Assembly (NCBI RefSeq): GCF_006345805.1
Contig: NC_043006.1
Span: 102,114,001 to 102,178,000 of the forward strand
From: Octopus sinensis
Taxonomy: Eukaryota
Direction of reading: 5' to 3'
DNA length: 64,000 bases
Positions 13,346 to 26,019 of the stretch are shown here, piece by piece (the first letter of the stretch is position 1; every line of letters starts with the position of its first letter). Under the pieces are notes generated by a model. It did no database searches. It had not been told where the DNA came from and saw only the letters and a list, made by a program, of their open reading frames with translations. The translations under genes and the position numbers were made by a program.

Positions 13346-15378
13346 TTATATGTGAGGGGTGGGGGAGAAAGAGAGAGAGAGTTTACATATCTAAGACACG
13401 TATTTACAAACACACACTGCTATATTCATATAGGAATATATCATACGCTGACATTTCACTGAAATTCCATTTAACTTTTAAAAATATGTTAGTCTTTATA
13501 TTCTTCAATGTTCATGATTGGAATTTCCCCTAAAACAATATTCCCCTGGAGGCAGGCTGAAAAATGATACAAGAAGAATGATCAAATAAAGGTTAAATTC
13601 CTCAATAGAAATGTCATTGGTGATGAACAATAATCAACCAGCATTTAGGCTACAGTGGAACTGAGGGCAGTTTATCAATCTATCAATTAATTCCTTTATG
13701 ATCATGTTAGTAGTGGCAGCACTTGCACATAGTGCATGAGTTGCAGTTCTTTTGTTATCTGTAAAGCTAATCAATGCAAAGGTGAGTAAAGTTGCATTAT
13801 ATAGCAAAATGAGTGATTCACACTTTGGTTTGAAATTTTTTAAAGTTGAGTTTCGTTTGTGATTTAGTTGTAAGGAAATAGTTCTACAAGGTTCAGGGCT
13901 TTATATGCTAATATAACTACAGCAATTGATTAGAATAATTATAGTTAGAGAATTTGAATCACTGTTGTATATTATAGATATTGAGTATTATGATTCATTA
14001 CCATGCTATTATTCATGCACAAACGATTAGTCTACTAACTGGGATGTTATGAAGGTGCTAAGCTATACTGAACTGAAGATACGAACATTAATGTAGATTA
14101 GTATTTAATTAAAGACACTCATGGTTGATATACTGGTATTAGAGATAATATATTGGGATCTTAGTATGAAGAAGTGCTAGCAATGTGTGGTAGTAATGAC
14201 CTTAGATTTCTTATTTTTATTTGTTGAGTCTAAAGGAAGGGACAGTGCCCTTGACCTTCACAATCCCTCCATGATAGGTTAGCTTTGGTGTCACTAATGT
14301 TCCATTCAAACTATTGCAAACCAACTCTTGCTGGAAAGACATGACCAGAGAGAAGGTCCCAGAAAGTTGATGTTCTGTAGAGAGCATAGTGAGCATAGTG
14401 GTTAGTGCAGGGCCCAGGTTGGGGAGTGGGGTCTGATTTCCTTTGGGGATATTATACATCATCTGTGATTTGTGAGTTATAACAGTTAAATTTTAATCCT
14501 TTCATAAACTACAATGCTTTATTGAATCAGCTATTAATGTTAGTTTTTGTAAGACACCCTTGGGTACGAACACTAGTTTACTGCAAGCAACTATCTCACT
14601 TGAGTTGATCCCTACATTGACAGACAAGGAGACCTACTTTGTATATTTGCACTATCATTACTCACAAAGGTAAATTGTACCACCTGGTGGTAACTTACTT
14701 AGAGCTACTTGGCTGTCCCATAGAATTCTACATATCTAGGACATATACATAAGACAGAGCTATTAATAAGATATGATCCACCACATCATCAGTTGATAAT
14801 GTGGGCACTAAAATACGTAATATAAAGAATCCAGAAATTTACACAAGTGTTTTGGAATAAAAATTATGATTTTAATGATTAATTTGGATCAAGAAAGGTA
14901 AAGAATACAATTTTGAAATTTAAATTAATTAAAAATGGAATGCAATAGGGAGTGTATCTGATCTTTGACAATACAGTGACATCTCCAGTCCTGTTTTAAT
15001 CTTATTAAACCTTGTCAACAAAATATAGTCTTACCATTACCACCAGGCTTAGGATGATTCAGAAAATATAAATAGGATTTTAGGGAATAACCACTGAGTG
15101 GCAACATAACTTAAAAGAATGAAAACACCTAGTGATGCCTGCTGCATAAAAAACTAATAGTGAAGTGGGTGTTAATGTATTTTAATCTATCAATTCTATC
15201 ATATTTGGTATTCCTTGCAAAGACAGTATATTTTAAAGTTTCTCAATTCAAATATAAATGAAAATAAAAAGCCAGAAGGTTAGAGGTGCGTAGGCATTGA
15301 CTTACTGACTCTCTAGTCTTCATGACAAACGAAATTGTAACTTAGGCCCTAACAAGAGTTTTGTTTTTGTTTTCATTA

Positions 15379-15750
15379 TTAAGAAGAGTGTCTTGGTGGG
15401 TGTAGTGTTAAAAAGAATACTTTGGTGAGAGTAGCATTAGGAAGAGTACATTGGTGGCAGTAACTCTACAGTGTCTTGGTGGGAGTAACACTAGGAAGAG
15501 TATCTTGGCGGGAGTAATGTTAGGAAGAGTGTGTTGGTGGCAGTAGCTTTAGAAGTATGATGGTGAGAGTAACAGCATGAAGAGCGTCTTGGTGAGAATA
15601 GCATTAGGAAGAGAATTTTGGTGGGATTGACATTAAGAATATTTTGGTGGGAGTAATGTTAGAGTATCTTGGTAGGTGTACCAATAAAAAATGTATGTTA
15701 TTGAGAGTAGCATTAAAGAAAATCCTTTGCTGGGTGTAGCATAGGAAAAT
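15379..15750. repeat. Degenerate ~29-30 bp minisatellite, about 12 units
   Basis: Repeating unit approximately TAGGAAGAGTATCTTGGTGGGAGTAGCAT. Confidence 0.75.
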
Positions 15751-15989
15751 TATGATTTGCAGTAAGTAAAATAATAAAGCATAAATTTTACAGGCTATAG
15801 AACAATGAAGTGTATCTTCTGCAGTGTGTAGAATTAGGAAGACTAAACTGCATAGAGACAATACAGCATTAAATAAAATCCTAATGTTCAGGAATACAAT
15901 TATCTATATTTTTATTATTGATTTAAATGAGTGTAAAGGGAATTAGATTTAGTGTGCAAGAGAGCAGACAATTTGGTGCAAAATGTAAA

Positions 15990-16200
15990 GTGAATGGAGG
16001 AAGACAATAGGATAAAGAAGCACCGGGCAATCCAAATTGAAGGAAGTTGTGTAGAAAGAAGACCAAAGAAGTGATCAAAACATATCAGGAGGCAGAACCA
16101 TACAACAGAGGTGACTGATGACTGCAACATATGGGAAGACACTGTGGCAGAGAAGACCCATCCAATCCATGGAAAAATGGATCATCATATCTTGAGCAAG
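15990..16200 (+). mobile_element. RTE LINE 3' fragment, old
   Basis: Translates approximately IQIEGSCVERRPKK...VTDDCNIWEDTVAEKT, a degenerate match to the VEG.RGRPRKTW...DRDLWR.AV.EKT end of the RTE at 1.1-2.2 kb. Confidence 0.5.
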
Positions 16201-16641
16201 ATGTGATAATCATGTTTTTTCTCCTTGTAGAATTAACCATATAAATTATGAAGCCTGGTTTATAGGGAGCTCTGTATGTAGACCAATTTCCTTTAACCAT
16301 CATTAATGACTTGCAGGGACACAGTATTTGATTATGCAACCATAATGTACTACAAAGTATATTAGATGTTTTTATAAGTCACTACCATGTACTATTGTGT
16401 TAGCAGTACTCTTAAATCACATAAGGACCAGTATTGCTTTGTAACAATGGCATAGAACCTCACATTTTGCAGGAAGGTACCATGAATTAAATCAACCCCA
16501 GTAATTTAAATGCAATGCCAGAATGGTGAAAGGGTATCATGGACACCTATGTGATAGGAACTTAGAACAAAAACCATAACTACATACCACTAGGAATTGT
16601 CCACTGCTTAACCAATTCTGCTTCCTTGCCTTTAATCTCTA

Positions 16642-16739
16642 CAGAGTCAGTAAAATAAGAAACAATCAAGTAAGGGTGGTTGTAATTGACAACACCCCCC
16701 TCCCAAATTACTTGATTGTTTCTTATTTTACTGACTCTG
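16642..16739. mobile_element. 98-bp Tc1/mariner-type MITE with perfect 32-bp TIRs and TA TSD
   Basis: TA|CAGAGTCAGTAAAATAAGAAACAATCAAGTAA, a 34-nt spacer, then TTACTTGATTGTTTCTTATTTTACTGACTCTG|TA. Confidence 0.7.
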
Positions 16740-16743
16740 TAGA

Positions 16744-18633
16744 CATGGTTTTCCTGAGATATCTTGATGTTTCTGACATTCCTTTCTTATCATTCCTAAG
16801 ACACCCACACTAACAGGAACAGTTCTCACTTAAAGATGCTACATCTTTTGTATTTCACTTTCCAGGTCGTTATATTTACTTAATTTGTCAAATTCCTTTA
16901 CAGACATATTTTTATCAGTGGGAACACTTACACCTATTTATCTACAGGTATTTTCTTCCCTGTTTGGTTGATTAGCCTGGATCATTCTGTTGGTGTTGAC
17001 TGGAAAATCCCAGAGGACAGTGACATCTTTACCTTCATCAACTGGTTCAGGATGATGTTCATACCACTAAGCAGGAGAACTGATTTTGTACTGTTTACAT
17101 ATTTTCCAATGTAAATACTGTCCTATTTTATCGTGGTGATTTTTGTATTTGCTTGGTGTCTGCACAGGACACCCCAAGACAAGATGGTCTGTTGTTTCAT
17201 CAAATGTTTCACAGAATCTGCATTTAGGGTCAGAACTATTTTGAAGAATGTTAGCCTGGTAGTTTTTGGTAAACAAGCTTTGATCTTGTGCCACTAATAT
17301 GAAACCTTCGGTCTCTGCTGTCAGTCCTGAGCTTCTCAGCTACTGATGGGTTGTTGCTTGATTGACATCAGCATTTCGGCTTTGAAGTATATACTGTCCA
17401 TGCAGAGCTTCTGGTTCCACTTCTCCTCAATTTGTCTCTAACCATTCTTCTTTGCAGTCTGTTTGATCTGTTTTGCTTGTTTGGTGGCAGTGGTTTCAGG
17501 TTCTTCATCTAATTCAGGGTTAATGTCGAGTTCCTTTGAAAATTTACAAGCTTCCTTGAATGTGATATTTTGCTGCTTTTGTGTTTGCACACAAGCTGCA
17601 GCATCCAGTCCTCTGTAGTCAATAAGTACTTGTTCATTGCTATTGTGGAAGTCCTATGGCACAGTTCTACCTGCATCATTCCTCTTCCCCCCATTACTTC
17701 TAGGTAGGTATAGTTGATCAACGTCTGCTTTGGGGTGGTGCATGTTCTTAGATGCTAGTAGTTTTCATGTCTTCCTGTCCTGGCATTGGAGCTCTTACAG
17801 AGCTCCAATATATTGGACTACTGGAAGTTCCCAGATGTTAATGGCTTCGCTGTGATTTTTGGAGTTGAATTCAGTTTTTAGTATGAGTCTTACTCTCTTG
17901 TAATACACCTTTCTTATTTTTTCCTTCTTAGTAGCATATTGCATACCATCTCCTTCGTTTATCCCCAGATATTTATAGCTTTCTTGCGGGTCAAGCTTCT
18001 TGAAGGTAGTGTCAGTATCTAATTTAATGGAAGCTGTTTGCTTAAGATTGCCTCTTACAAAAGTTACTTTTACACACTTATCAAGGTCAAAATCCATCCC
18101 AATGTCATTGTGGAACTCTTTAACAGTTGTTAACAACCCTAAGAGTTCTTCATCATTTGTTGTAAACAGCTTCAGATCATCCATATAAAACAGATGGTTT
18201 GCTACAATATCATACACTTTGAACCCTTACCTGATGTTACTCAGTTCATTAGAGAGTGGGACCAGTGCCATTCAAAAGAGTAATGAGGAGAGGGAGTCAC
18301 CTTAAAAGATACCTTGTTTGATGTTGATGTTGTTACATTGGCTCATCCCATTACAGTGTAGAAGGAGATGTGTCTTCCACTTGGCTATGCTACCTTGGAA
18401 GAATTTGGAGATGACAGGAGAGATCTTATATATCTCAAGGGCCTAGAGCAGCCAATTATGTGGGACACTATCAAATGCTTTCCTGTAGTCTATCCATGCC
18501 ATACTTATGTTCTTCATTTTGCTCTGGTCATTTTCTACAATCATTTTATTTATGAGTAACTGATCTTTGCATCCATAAAAATTCCTTTTACAACCTTTTT
18601 GAGTTCTGTTCAAGGAAAGTGTATATTCTTTCA
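16744..18633 (-). mobile_element. R4/Dong-clade non-LTR retrotransposon (RT + CCHC + RLE endonuclease), 5'-truncated pseudogene
   Basis: Minus-strand motifs WIDYRKAFDSVPH, HLFYMDDLKLF, YKYLG, HPKADVDQLYLPR..GGRG, CRFCETFDETTDHLVLGC (CX2CX8HX4C) and WDFPV..ANQP..VSVPTDKN..KE..KLSKY.DL..VP..GVLG, with many stops. Confidence 0.88.
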
Positions 18634-18673
<40 letters not shown>

Positions 18674-18700
18674 TATTATTATTATTATTGTTATTATTAA
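18634..18700. repeat. (TTA)n microsatellite
   Basis: Visible directly; lies at the junction between the R4 element and a family C SINE. Confidence 0.95.
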
Positions 18701-18925
18701 AATAGCAAGCTGGAAGAATTGTTACCATGCCAGAAAAATGCTTAGTGGTAGTTTGTCCCTCTTTATGTTCTAAGTTCAAATTCCGCTGAAATCGACTTTG
18801 CCTTTCATCTTTACGGGATCAATAATATAAATACCAGTTGAACACTGGGGTTGATGTGTTTGACTTACTCCCTCCCCTGAACTTGTTGGCATTGTGCCAA
18901 AACTTGAAATCATTACTACTACTAC
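18700..18925 (+). mobile_element. SINE family C
   Basis: GCAAGCTGGAAGAATTGTTA..AAGTTCAAATTCCGC..GACTTTGCCTTTCATC..ACCAGTTGAACACTGGGG. Confidence 0.8.
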
Positions 18926-19437
18926 AACTACTACTACTACTACAAAGAATTAGACATTAGAATTTATATGCAGGTGTTTATTAATGATTGATTGACTACT
19001 CAGTAAAAATACTCTAAAGAGAGGAACATAATGATAGACCATGAACCCCCACCATATCTATTGTCAATGGTAATTTGCTTCTGATGAAGTGTGTCTAAAG
19101 AAATAATTGTATATACTTTCCACTTGCTTCAATTACCAACCACGCAAATGATAGACACGTTTCTTGCTATGTAGTTCGATAGCCAGATAGTTATAATTTT
19201 GTGACATTTTTTTTCTTCTTTGAGGAAAGTGGTCTCTCCAAGTTTTCTTCCTTTCTTTTTTTTTTTTCTCCATCAGTAATAATTGTGATAGCTCAGTTAA
19301 TAATTAGATCGTCATCATCATCATCATTGTTCTCATTGTTATGATACTGTGATCACACCAAGTTTAATGTGTGAAAATCGGTCACTGTGTAAATGGTTTA
19401 TTGCCTAGAGCTTTGACATTTACAAATTCTTACTTAC

Positions 19438-19524
19438 TTTGAAGAAGTATTTCTGACTTTCTGTAAACAGCATGTGGATTTATATTTAATATGCTGCATC
19501 TGGGTTGCAAAATGTATATGATTT
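19438..19524 (-). CDS. Possible 87-nt internal exon (two frames open, e.g. IIYILQPRCSILNINPHAVYRKSEILLQ)
   Basis: Minus-strand acceptor atgttttgcag, donor AAA|gtaagt, length a multiple of 3, unique sequence. No homology recognised. Confidence 0.3.
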
Positions 19525-20375
19525 CTGCAAAACATATATATTTCATGTGTAGATACACGGTATTGATTTCCAACTCTAGGAAAATTCGACAGAGTTTGCT
19601 GTTCTTAAATTCTACAACAACCAGGTTATTGTATTAGTCCAATGAGATTTTCCCATCGCATATTTCAACAGTTGCCATAATAATTTGAATTATGATGGTT
19701 TGTAATTTTTGTTGTTGTTGTCTATTAGCTTCATATCAGCCCTAATTGAACACACCTGTGATCAATAATGTTCAATTTGTGACCATCCCATCATTTATCA
19801 ACTAAGATGCATCTAAAACTACGTTATCAAATGTATCCTTATTTCAAGATGTTAGGACATATATTTGAGAGAGATTTAGCTGCTATTTTCAGCAGATTAA
19901 GTGATCATGTAGAATCTCCTTTAATAAACTATACCACTCAAACTGTACAACACTTCAAAAGTTGACGAGTTTTTGATGCATTCTACAGAATCAACATTGC
20001 TATTGTACATGTTTTTATTCATTGTTAAAGAATGAAGAACTTTGTTCTTACATCTGAGACAGTGCTGCTGCTATGCACATGAGCATCTTGGACCACACCT
20101 AGTGAAGAGCCACCCAACTGATGTGCATGTGCTCTTTCCTCTCTCTACCTTTTTTTACCATTATTGTAATTTCCTCAGTTTCTTGGAGTTGGCTAGTCTT
20201 GTACCTCCTCTACTCAGGTATTCTTGATCTACTCATCTATCATTCTCCTACCACCTTTGTTGTGTCTACCTCTCCCAAGTCCCACACTAAGTCCTGTACT
20301 TTTTTCCTTCAGCAATCTTCTCTTTGCTCATGTTTTTCCTGCAGGTGTTAATTTGCAACAAATTAAACTGATCAA

Positions 20376-20583
20376 CCTTTTTGTTACCATATTTCTGTTG
20401 AAATATACTGTTTTTGATTGAATTAATTTTGAAAATAATGAAGTATTTAAGAAAATAACTTTTATTATTAAACTGGTGTTTGGAAGATAAGTTAATGTAA
20501 AATTTTGATGGAAGCTTTAACTTTAAAACAATATTTATACCACAGACATGGAAGTGGTCTCCTACATGTTGGTATTAAAAGGA
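20376..20583. mobile_element. piggyBac-type MITE, decayed
   Basis: tcaa|CCTTTTTGTTACC ... GGTATTAAAAGGA|ttaa; termini resemble the 37827-38000 element. Confidence 0.5.
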
Positions 20584-20751
20584 TTAATGACATCAATCTC
20601 AATGATTTTGGAGGGCTTGTAAAGGCCATGTGTACTACTCCTTCAAATCCAACTTGTAGAAAAAAATTGACTTGAACTATGAAGGAAGAAAAAGGGGGTT
20701 AAATATTACAATGAAATTAATCTAATAAATGAGTATTATTTACTACTCAGT

Positions 20752-21075
20752 GAAGGTGCATGGCTCAGTGGTGAGAGTGTTGGGCTCACAATCATGGGGT
20801 AGTGAGTTCCATTCCCGTACCAGGCTGTGTATTGTATCCTTGAGCAAGACACATTATTTCACATTGCTCCAGTTCACTCAGCTGTAGAAATGAGTTGCGA
20901 CGTCACTGGTGCTAAGCCTTTGCCTTTCCCTTGGATATCATTGGTAGAGTGGAGAAGGGAGGCTGTTATGCTGACCTTCCATAAACTGCCTTGCCCAGAC
21001 TTGTGCCTCAGAGGGGAACTTTCTAAGTACAGTCTCATAATCATTCATGACTGAAAGGGGTCTGCTGTACCCTTT
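20752..21075 (+). mobile_element. tRNA-derived CORE/MIR-like SINE (family B head)
   Basis: TGGCTCAGTGG A-box, GAGTTCCATTCC B-box-like, TCCTTGAGCAAGACAC..CAGTTCACTCAGCTG body. Confidence 0.75.
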
Positions 21076-22492
21076 ACTGTTTTAACATTTTTACATTGGG
21101 AAAATGGAAGATTTCATTTGAGCTTTTCAAAATGAAATGCAGCATTGATCTTGGCATAATTTGAACCCAGAAATTATTGGTATTAAACAGGATACTGTAC
21201 CTCAGCTAACTTTAGAATTTTCACAATTTCTTCTGCAATAATAAATTGTATGGCTTTGTACAAGGTGTATTGTGCATGTATTTGTCTGTGCGTGTTTGCC
21301 ATAGAAATCCATTGTTTAATATGTGAGTTGATTTGTATTAGGAGCATATGAATATGTGCAAATTTTCATGTGTGTATATGTGCATGTGCTGTGAATATAA
21401 TTCGTGTATAGTGTTAGCGTGGTATATGATTGTGGGTTTGATTGTTGTTGTCTTTTTCATATAGGTTACATGTGTGACTATTTCGTGGTTCATATCTCAT
21501 CTTTTATTTATTTATTTATTTTTACTTTCTTTAGTATTGTTTCCTTTACAAATGTCTGATTTTTCTGAATGCAGTATTTTGACCCTTTTTTTCTATTTCT
21601 TTGCTAGAGTCATGTGCTCCCTGAAGGATTAGTGAATTGTTAATATTGCAATGTCAAAATAAAAGTGTATTTGCTTCTTTATGAATTTATCTTCTACAAT
21701 TATTTTTTTTTCTTTTCATTGTACAGTTTGTTATCATTATCATTGTTGTTGTTGTTGTTGTTGGTTAGTAAAATGTTGCAGTATATTGTGTTCCTTTGTG
21801 TGATTATTTCATTGTTGTCATTTGTAAATCTTTGATAAAGACATGAAAAAGTCATAGTTGAGGTAGCTAGCTGTAGTTGCAATGATAAATAATAGTGGTG
21901 ATAAGATGTAATGATGATGATGATGCTGTTGGTATAGTAATGGTATTTGTGTTTTAGTGGTGGGCAGCAGCCATTATTTTGGTGTCTGTTGTTGTTATTG
22001 TTATTGAAAATAATGGATCATTCTCGTCATCAAAATAATATTATTATTGTTTTTTTATTGTCGTTATTATTGTTAAGAAGTGTCATGGAAGGAATAAATA
22101 ATATTTCTGTTAAACTTTTCTAATCTGTATTGTTATGAATTCTATGTATTATGATATTTAAGCCAACATATTCATTCTAGAACTGAGGAGATTTAAAACT
22201 TCATATGCGCATTGACTTATTCATGCACAAATGCAAGGCACACACACACACATACACACACACACATTTACACACTCGATATAGATAGCAAAGACCATCA
22301 GAGTGTTGGGGTGATCCCTCCCAACTTTATTTTCAAAACTTTATATATTATCTTGAAAAAAAAAATTTGTCTCTTTTCAGTGTTACCAACAGGGAATATA
22401 TTTAAAATCATGAATATAATGATTATAATACAGGGTTGTGTTGTCATGAAAAATGCTTAATTTAACTAATTTCTTATTACTAATGATATTTC

Positions 22493-22529
<37 letters not shown>

Positions 22530-22710
22530 GTTGTTGTTTTATTACAATATAAGATTTTTTAATCCTAACTATAACTCCAAACCCTTGTAGGTTGTGCCTA
22601 AACATGGTCATAGTCTAATGACTGAAATTAATACAAGAATATAATATATATATTACCAGATATATCATATTTACATAAATAACATACAGAAATCATACAT
22701 AATAATAATG

Positions 22711-22745
<35 letters not shown>

Positions 22746-22958
22746 CTTTTTATACATACATACAAAGATACGTATATACATATATGTATATAGGCTTGAA
22801 GGTAGTAGTGATGCTGGCTGATGTGATTTTGTGGTTTGCTGGCAAGCTGAGAGAGATCCAGTGGACCCCTAACTGGTTCCCTGATCTTAAAGGTGTAATG
22901 TTGTGTAATGATGGCGTGGCTGGTGTGGTGGTAATGCTAGCTGGTGCGGTGGTCTTCC

Positions 22959-23640
22959 TCACTGTACTTCAAGGCAGACAATATTTTGTGTGTATGTCAC
23001 ACCACGTTTTTGGCCTTGTCTGTTGTCCCAGTTGAGTGTCATAACTCTTACTTTGATATTGTTCATAGCTTGTGCTCTTGAAAATGCGACATATAATTGG
23101 CCATGAGAAAATACCAGTTGAGGCGAGTGTATTCCAACTTTTTCAAATGTTTGCCCTTGGGCCTTCTTAATTGTCATTGAAGTGGAAACTGAAGTCTGTT
23201 TAGTGTGAATGGAATATTTGCATCACTTGGGCTAAGTTTAATTCTTGGAATTAGAACTACAACTTCAGTTGGAGCCTGTTACCAATGATGCCTCTACACA
23301 ATGTTCATGAAGTCTTTGCACTTTCATGTGAGTTCCATTACATAATCTTTGACTGATCGAAGCAGCATTACAACAGCCCCTACTTTTAAGTTGAGGCGAT
23401 GAGAAGGCATACCAGATGGAGTGAGTAACTTTATGGATTCAAATGGATAGTTCTGAACTTCCTCTTCATTATTGCAGGACACTGAATCTGTGCTTAAGTA
23501 GGTTTTAAGTGCCTTTGGCATAATATTAAGAACTTTTCATTTATTGCAAGACAGTCAGAATTTTTAGGAGATAAAATTACTTGTTTTTCCATTTCTTCTA
23601 GCGTGCAGTTGTTGAAAATTTCTGGGTACAAATGTACAAA
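22959..23640 (-). pseudogene. Helitron RepHel C-terminal PIF1-like helicase remnant
   Basis: Minus-strand segments ILSPKNSD..IN, TPSGMPSHRLNLKVGAVVMLLR, CNGT, LIPRIKL, QFPL, MTIKKAQGQT, VFSHGQLYVAFSR and TQNIV..EVQ* appear in canonical Helitron order, with frameshifts. Confidence 0.88.
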
Positions 23641-24078
23641 TGGAAATGCAAAAGAATGAAATAATAAATGGATTTATAAATGAAAGTTTAGTAATTGCAT
23701 TTATTTCCACCACACGACACTTACTATTGCAAACATGTTTTAACTAACCTATACTATACACACACACAAATACATTCATATATATATGTCTCGAGTTGTA
23801 GCTGTAATTTAAAGGGGCCAGCCTTATCATATTCTGTGTGAGGCTGACTCTCCCTGAGAACTACATTAATGTTATGCATTTCTGTGAAGTACTTAGCCAT
23901 TTGTGAGTAAATTTTATCCTCGTGTGGTAATGAAAAGTGAAATTGACAGCCAATATTTGCTGTGTCTATGCATGAACTGTCTCTTTTACTTTCTCTCTTT
24001 CTTTTTCACTTCCTTTGTGTCACTCTTCTTTCCGGCTTTTGATTTAACAATGTGTATATGTATCTACTTCTCTTGTGA

Positions 24079-24345
24079 TGTGACAAACATTTAAAAACAC
24101 AAACTGAACTCGATCACCACTCACTGTCTCTTTCACTCCCTCTCTCTCTCTCTCTCTTCCTCTCTCACTCTCACTTTCTCAATCTCTTTCTTTCTCTCTT
24201 ACATCCTCTCTAAAACATTTAAAAACACAAAACAAACGCCATCACCACTCACTGTCTCTTTCATCCCCTCTCTTTCTCTCTCACTCTCTCTCTTTCTCTC
24301 TTTCTTCCTCTGTCCTCCTCTCTCTCTCACTTTGCCACTTCTTTG
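24079..24345. repeat. ~133-bp direct duplication with CT-rich tracts
   Basis: AAACATTTAAAAACACAAA..ATCACCACTCACTGTCTCTTTCA occurs at ~24079 and ~24212. Confidence 0.7.
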
Positions 24346-24469
24346 AAGTGTAACACACAACAAGTGCGTACAAAAACAAAAAGTTAGCATATTAACATTA
24401 TTGATAATAATAATAGTAGTAGTAGTAGTAGCAGCAATAATAATAATAACTAAAGCTCATTAAAAAAAT

Positions 24470-25490
24470 GGTAAATTCTAATTTAGGCACAAGGCCTGTA
24501 ATTGTAAAGGGAGGGGATTAGTCAATACAATCAATCCTAGTGAATAATAACTGTTTTTAATTTAGACACATGGCTAGTAATTTTGTGAGGAGAGGAGCAG
24601 TTGATACCTTTGACCCCAGTTCTTGATTGATACTTTATTTTATTGACCTCAAAAAGATGAAAGCAAAGTTAACCTCTTCAGAATTTTAACTCAGAGCATA
24701 AAGCGTCAGAACAACTACTGTGCTGCATTTTCTGTCAATGCTCTAGAAATTCTGCCAATCTGCTGCCTTAATATAAACAGCAACAATAATGATGGTTTCG
24801 GATTTTGACACAAGGCCAGCAATTCCAGGGGAGGGGCTAAGTCAGTTACATCTACCACAGTGCTCAACTAGTAGTTATTTTATCATCCTCAAAAGGATGT
24901 TAAGCAGAATCGGCTTCAGGGGAATTTGAACTCAGAATGTAAAGATGGACAAAATGCTAACAATTCTGCCAGCTCACTGCCTTAATAATGATAATAATTC
25001 TCTCTGATATAGGCACAAGGCCTGAAATTTTGGCAGGCGAGGGATAGTTGATTAGATCAACCCCAGTACTTGACTGGTACTTTTTTATTGACCCTGGAAG
25101 GATGAAAGGTAAAATTGACCTTGGCAGAATTTGAACTCAGAACATAAAGACGGATGAAATGCTGCTAAGCATTTTGCCTAGCATGCTAATGATTCTGCCA
25201 CCTCAATAATAATAATTATAATAATCATAATAATAATAATAATAACAATAATAATAATAATAACAATAAGGGTTTCAAATTTTGGCACAAGGCCAGCAGT
25301 TTCAGTTGTGAGTTGATTACATTGGCTCAAGTGTTCAACTGATACTTATTTTATCAAACCCAAAAGGATAAAAGGCAAAGTCAACCTCGGCAGAATTTGA
25401 ACTCAGAACATACGATAGAAAACAGAGGATGTCCCACTCTTTGATCCAACATACTAATGATTCTGCCAGTTCATCACCTAATAATAGTAA
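24470..25490 (-). mobile_element. Head-to-tail stack of five family C SINE copies (one partial) separated by (AAT)n
   Basis: Copies at about 24470-24545, 24553-24775, 24790-24990, 24998-25205 and 25270-25485, each with GCACAAGGCC...GAATTTGAACTCAG...ATTCTGCCA (the first is tail only). Confidence 0.85.
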
Positions 25491-25676
25491 TTTGGAATAT
25501 TGATGGTAGACTAAATTTAAATTGGTGAAATGTAATTAATTTAATCAGCCTGGTACTTAACCGCTATTTATTTTATTGACCCTGAGAGGACAGAAGACAG
25601 AATCAATGTCAACAGGATTTTAACTCAAAGCATTGCATCTGCTGCTTTACTATTTCAGCCAAAACTACCTATATAA

Positions 25677-25684
25677 CAATATTA

Positions 25685-25737
<53 letters not shown>

Positions 25738-25778
25738 CATCATCATTATTATCATCATCATTATTATCATCATCATCA

Positions 25779-25818
<40 letters not shown>

Positions 25819-25864
25819 CATCATCTTCATCATTATTATCATCATCATTATTATTATTATTATT

Positions 25865-25953
<89 letters not shown>

Positions 25954-25970
25954 CATCTTCATTATTATCA

Positions 25971-26019
<49 letters not shown>

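Noticed and set aside
14217-14462. 81-aa minus-strand ORF in less AT-rich unique sequence
   Set aside because: No recognisable homology and no consistent splice-site pair.
24470-25490. Regularly spaced repeats resembling a CRISPR or satellite array
   Set aside because: The units are ~200-bp SINEs also dispersed elsewhere in the window, the context is eukaryotic and no cas genes are present.
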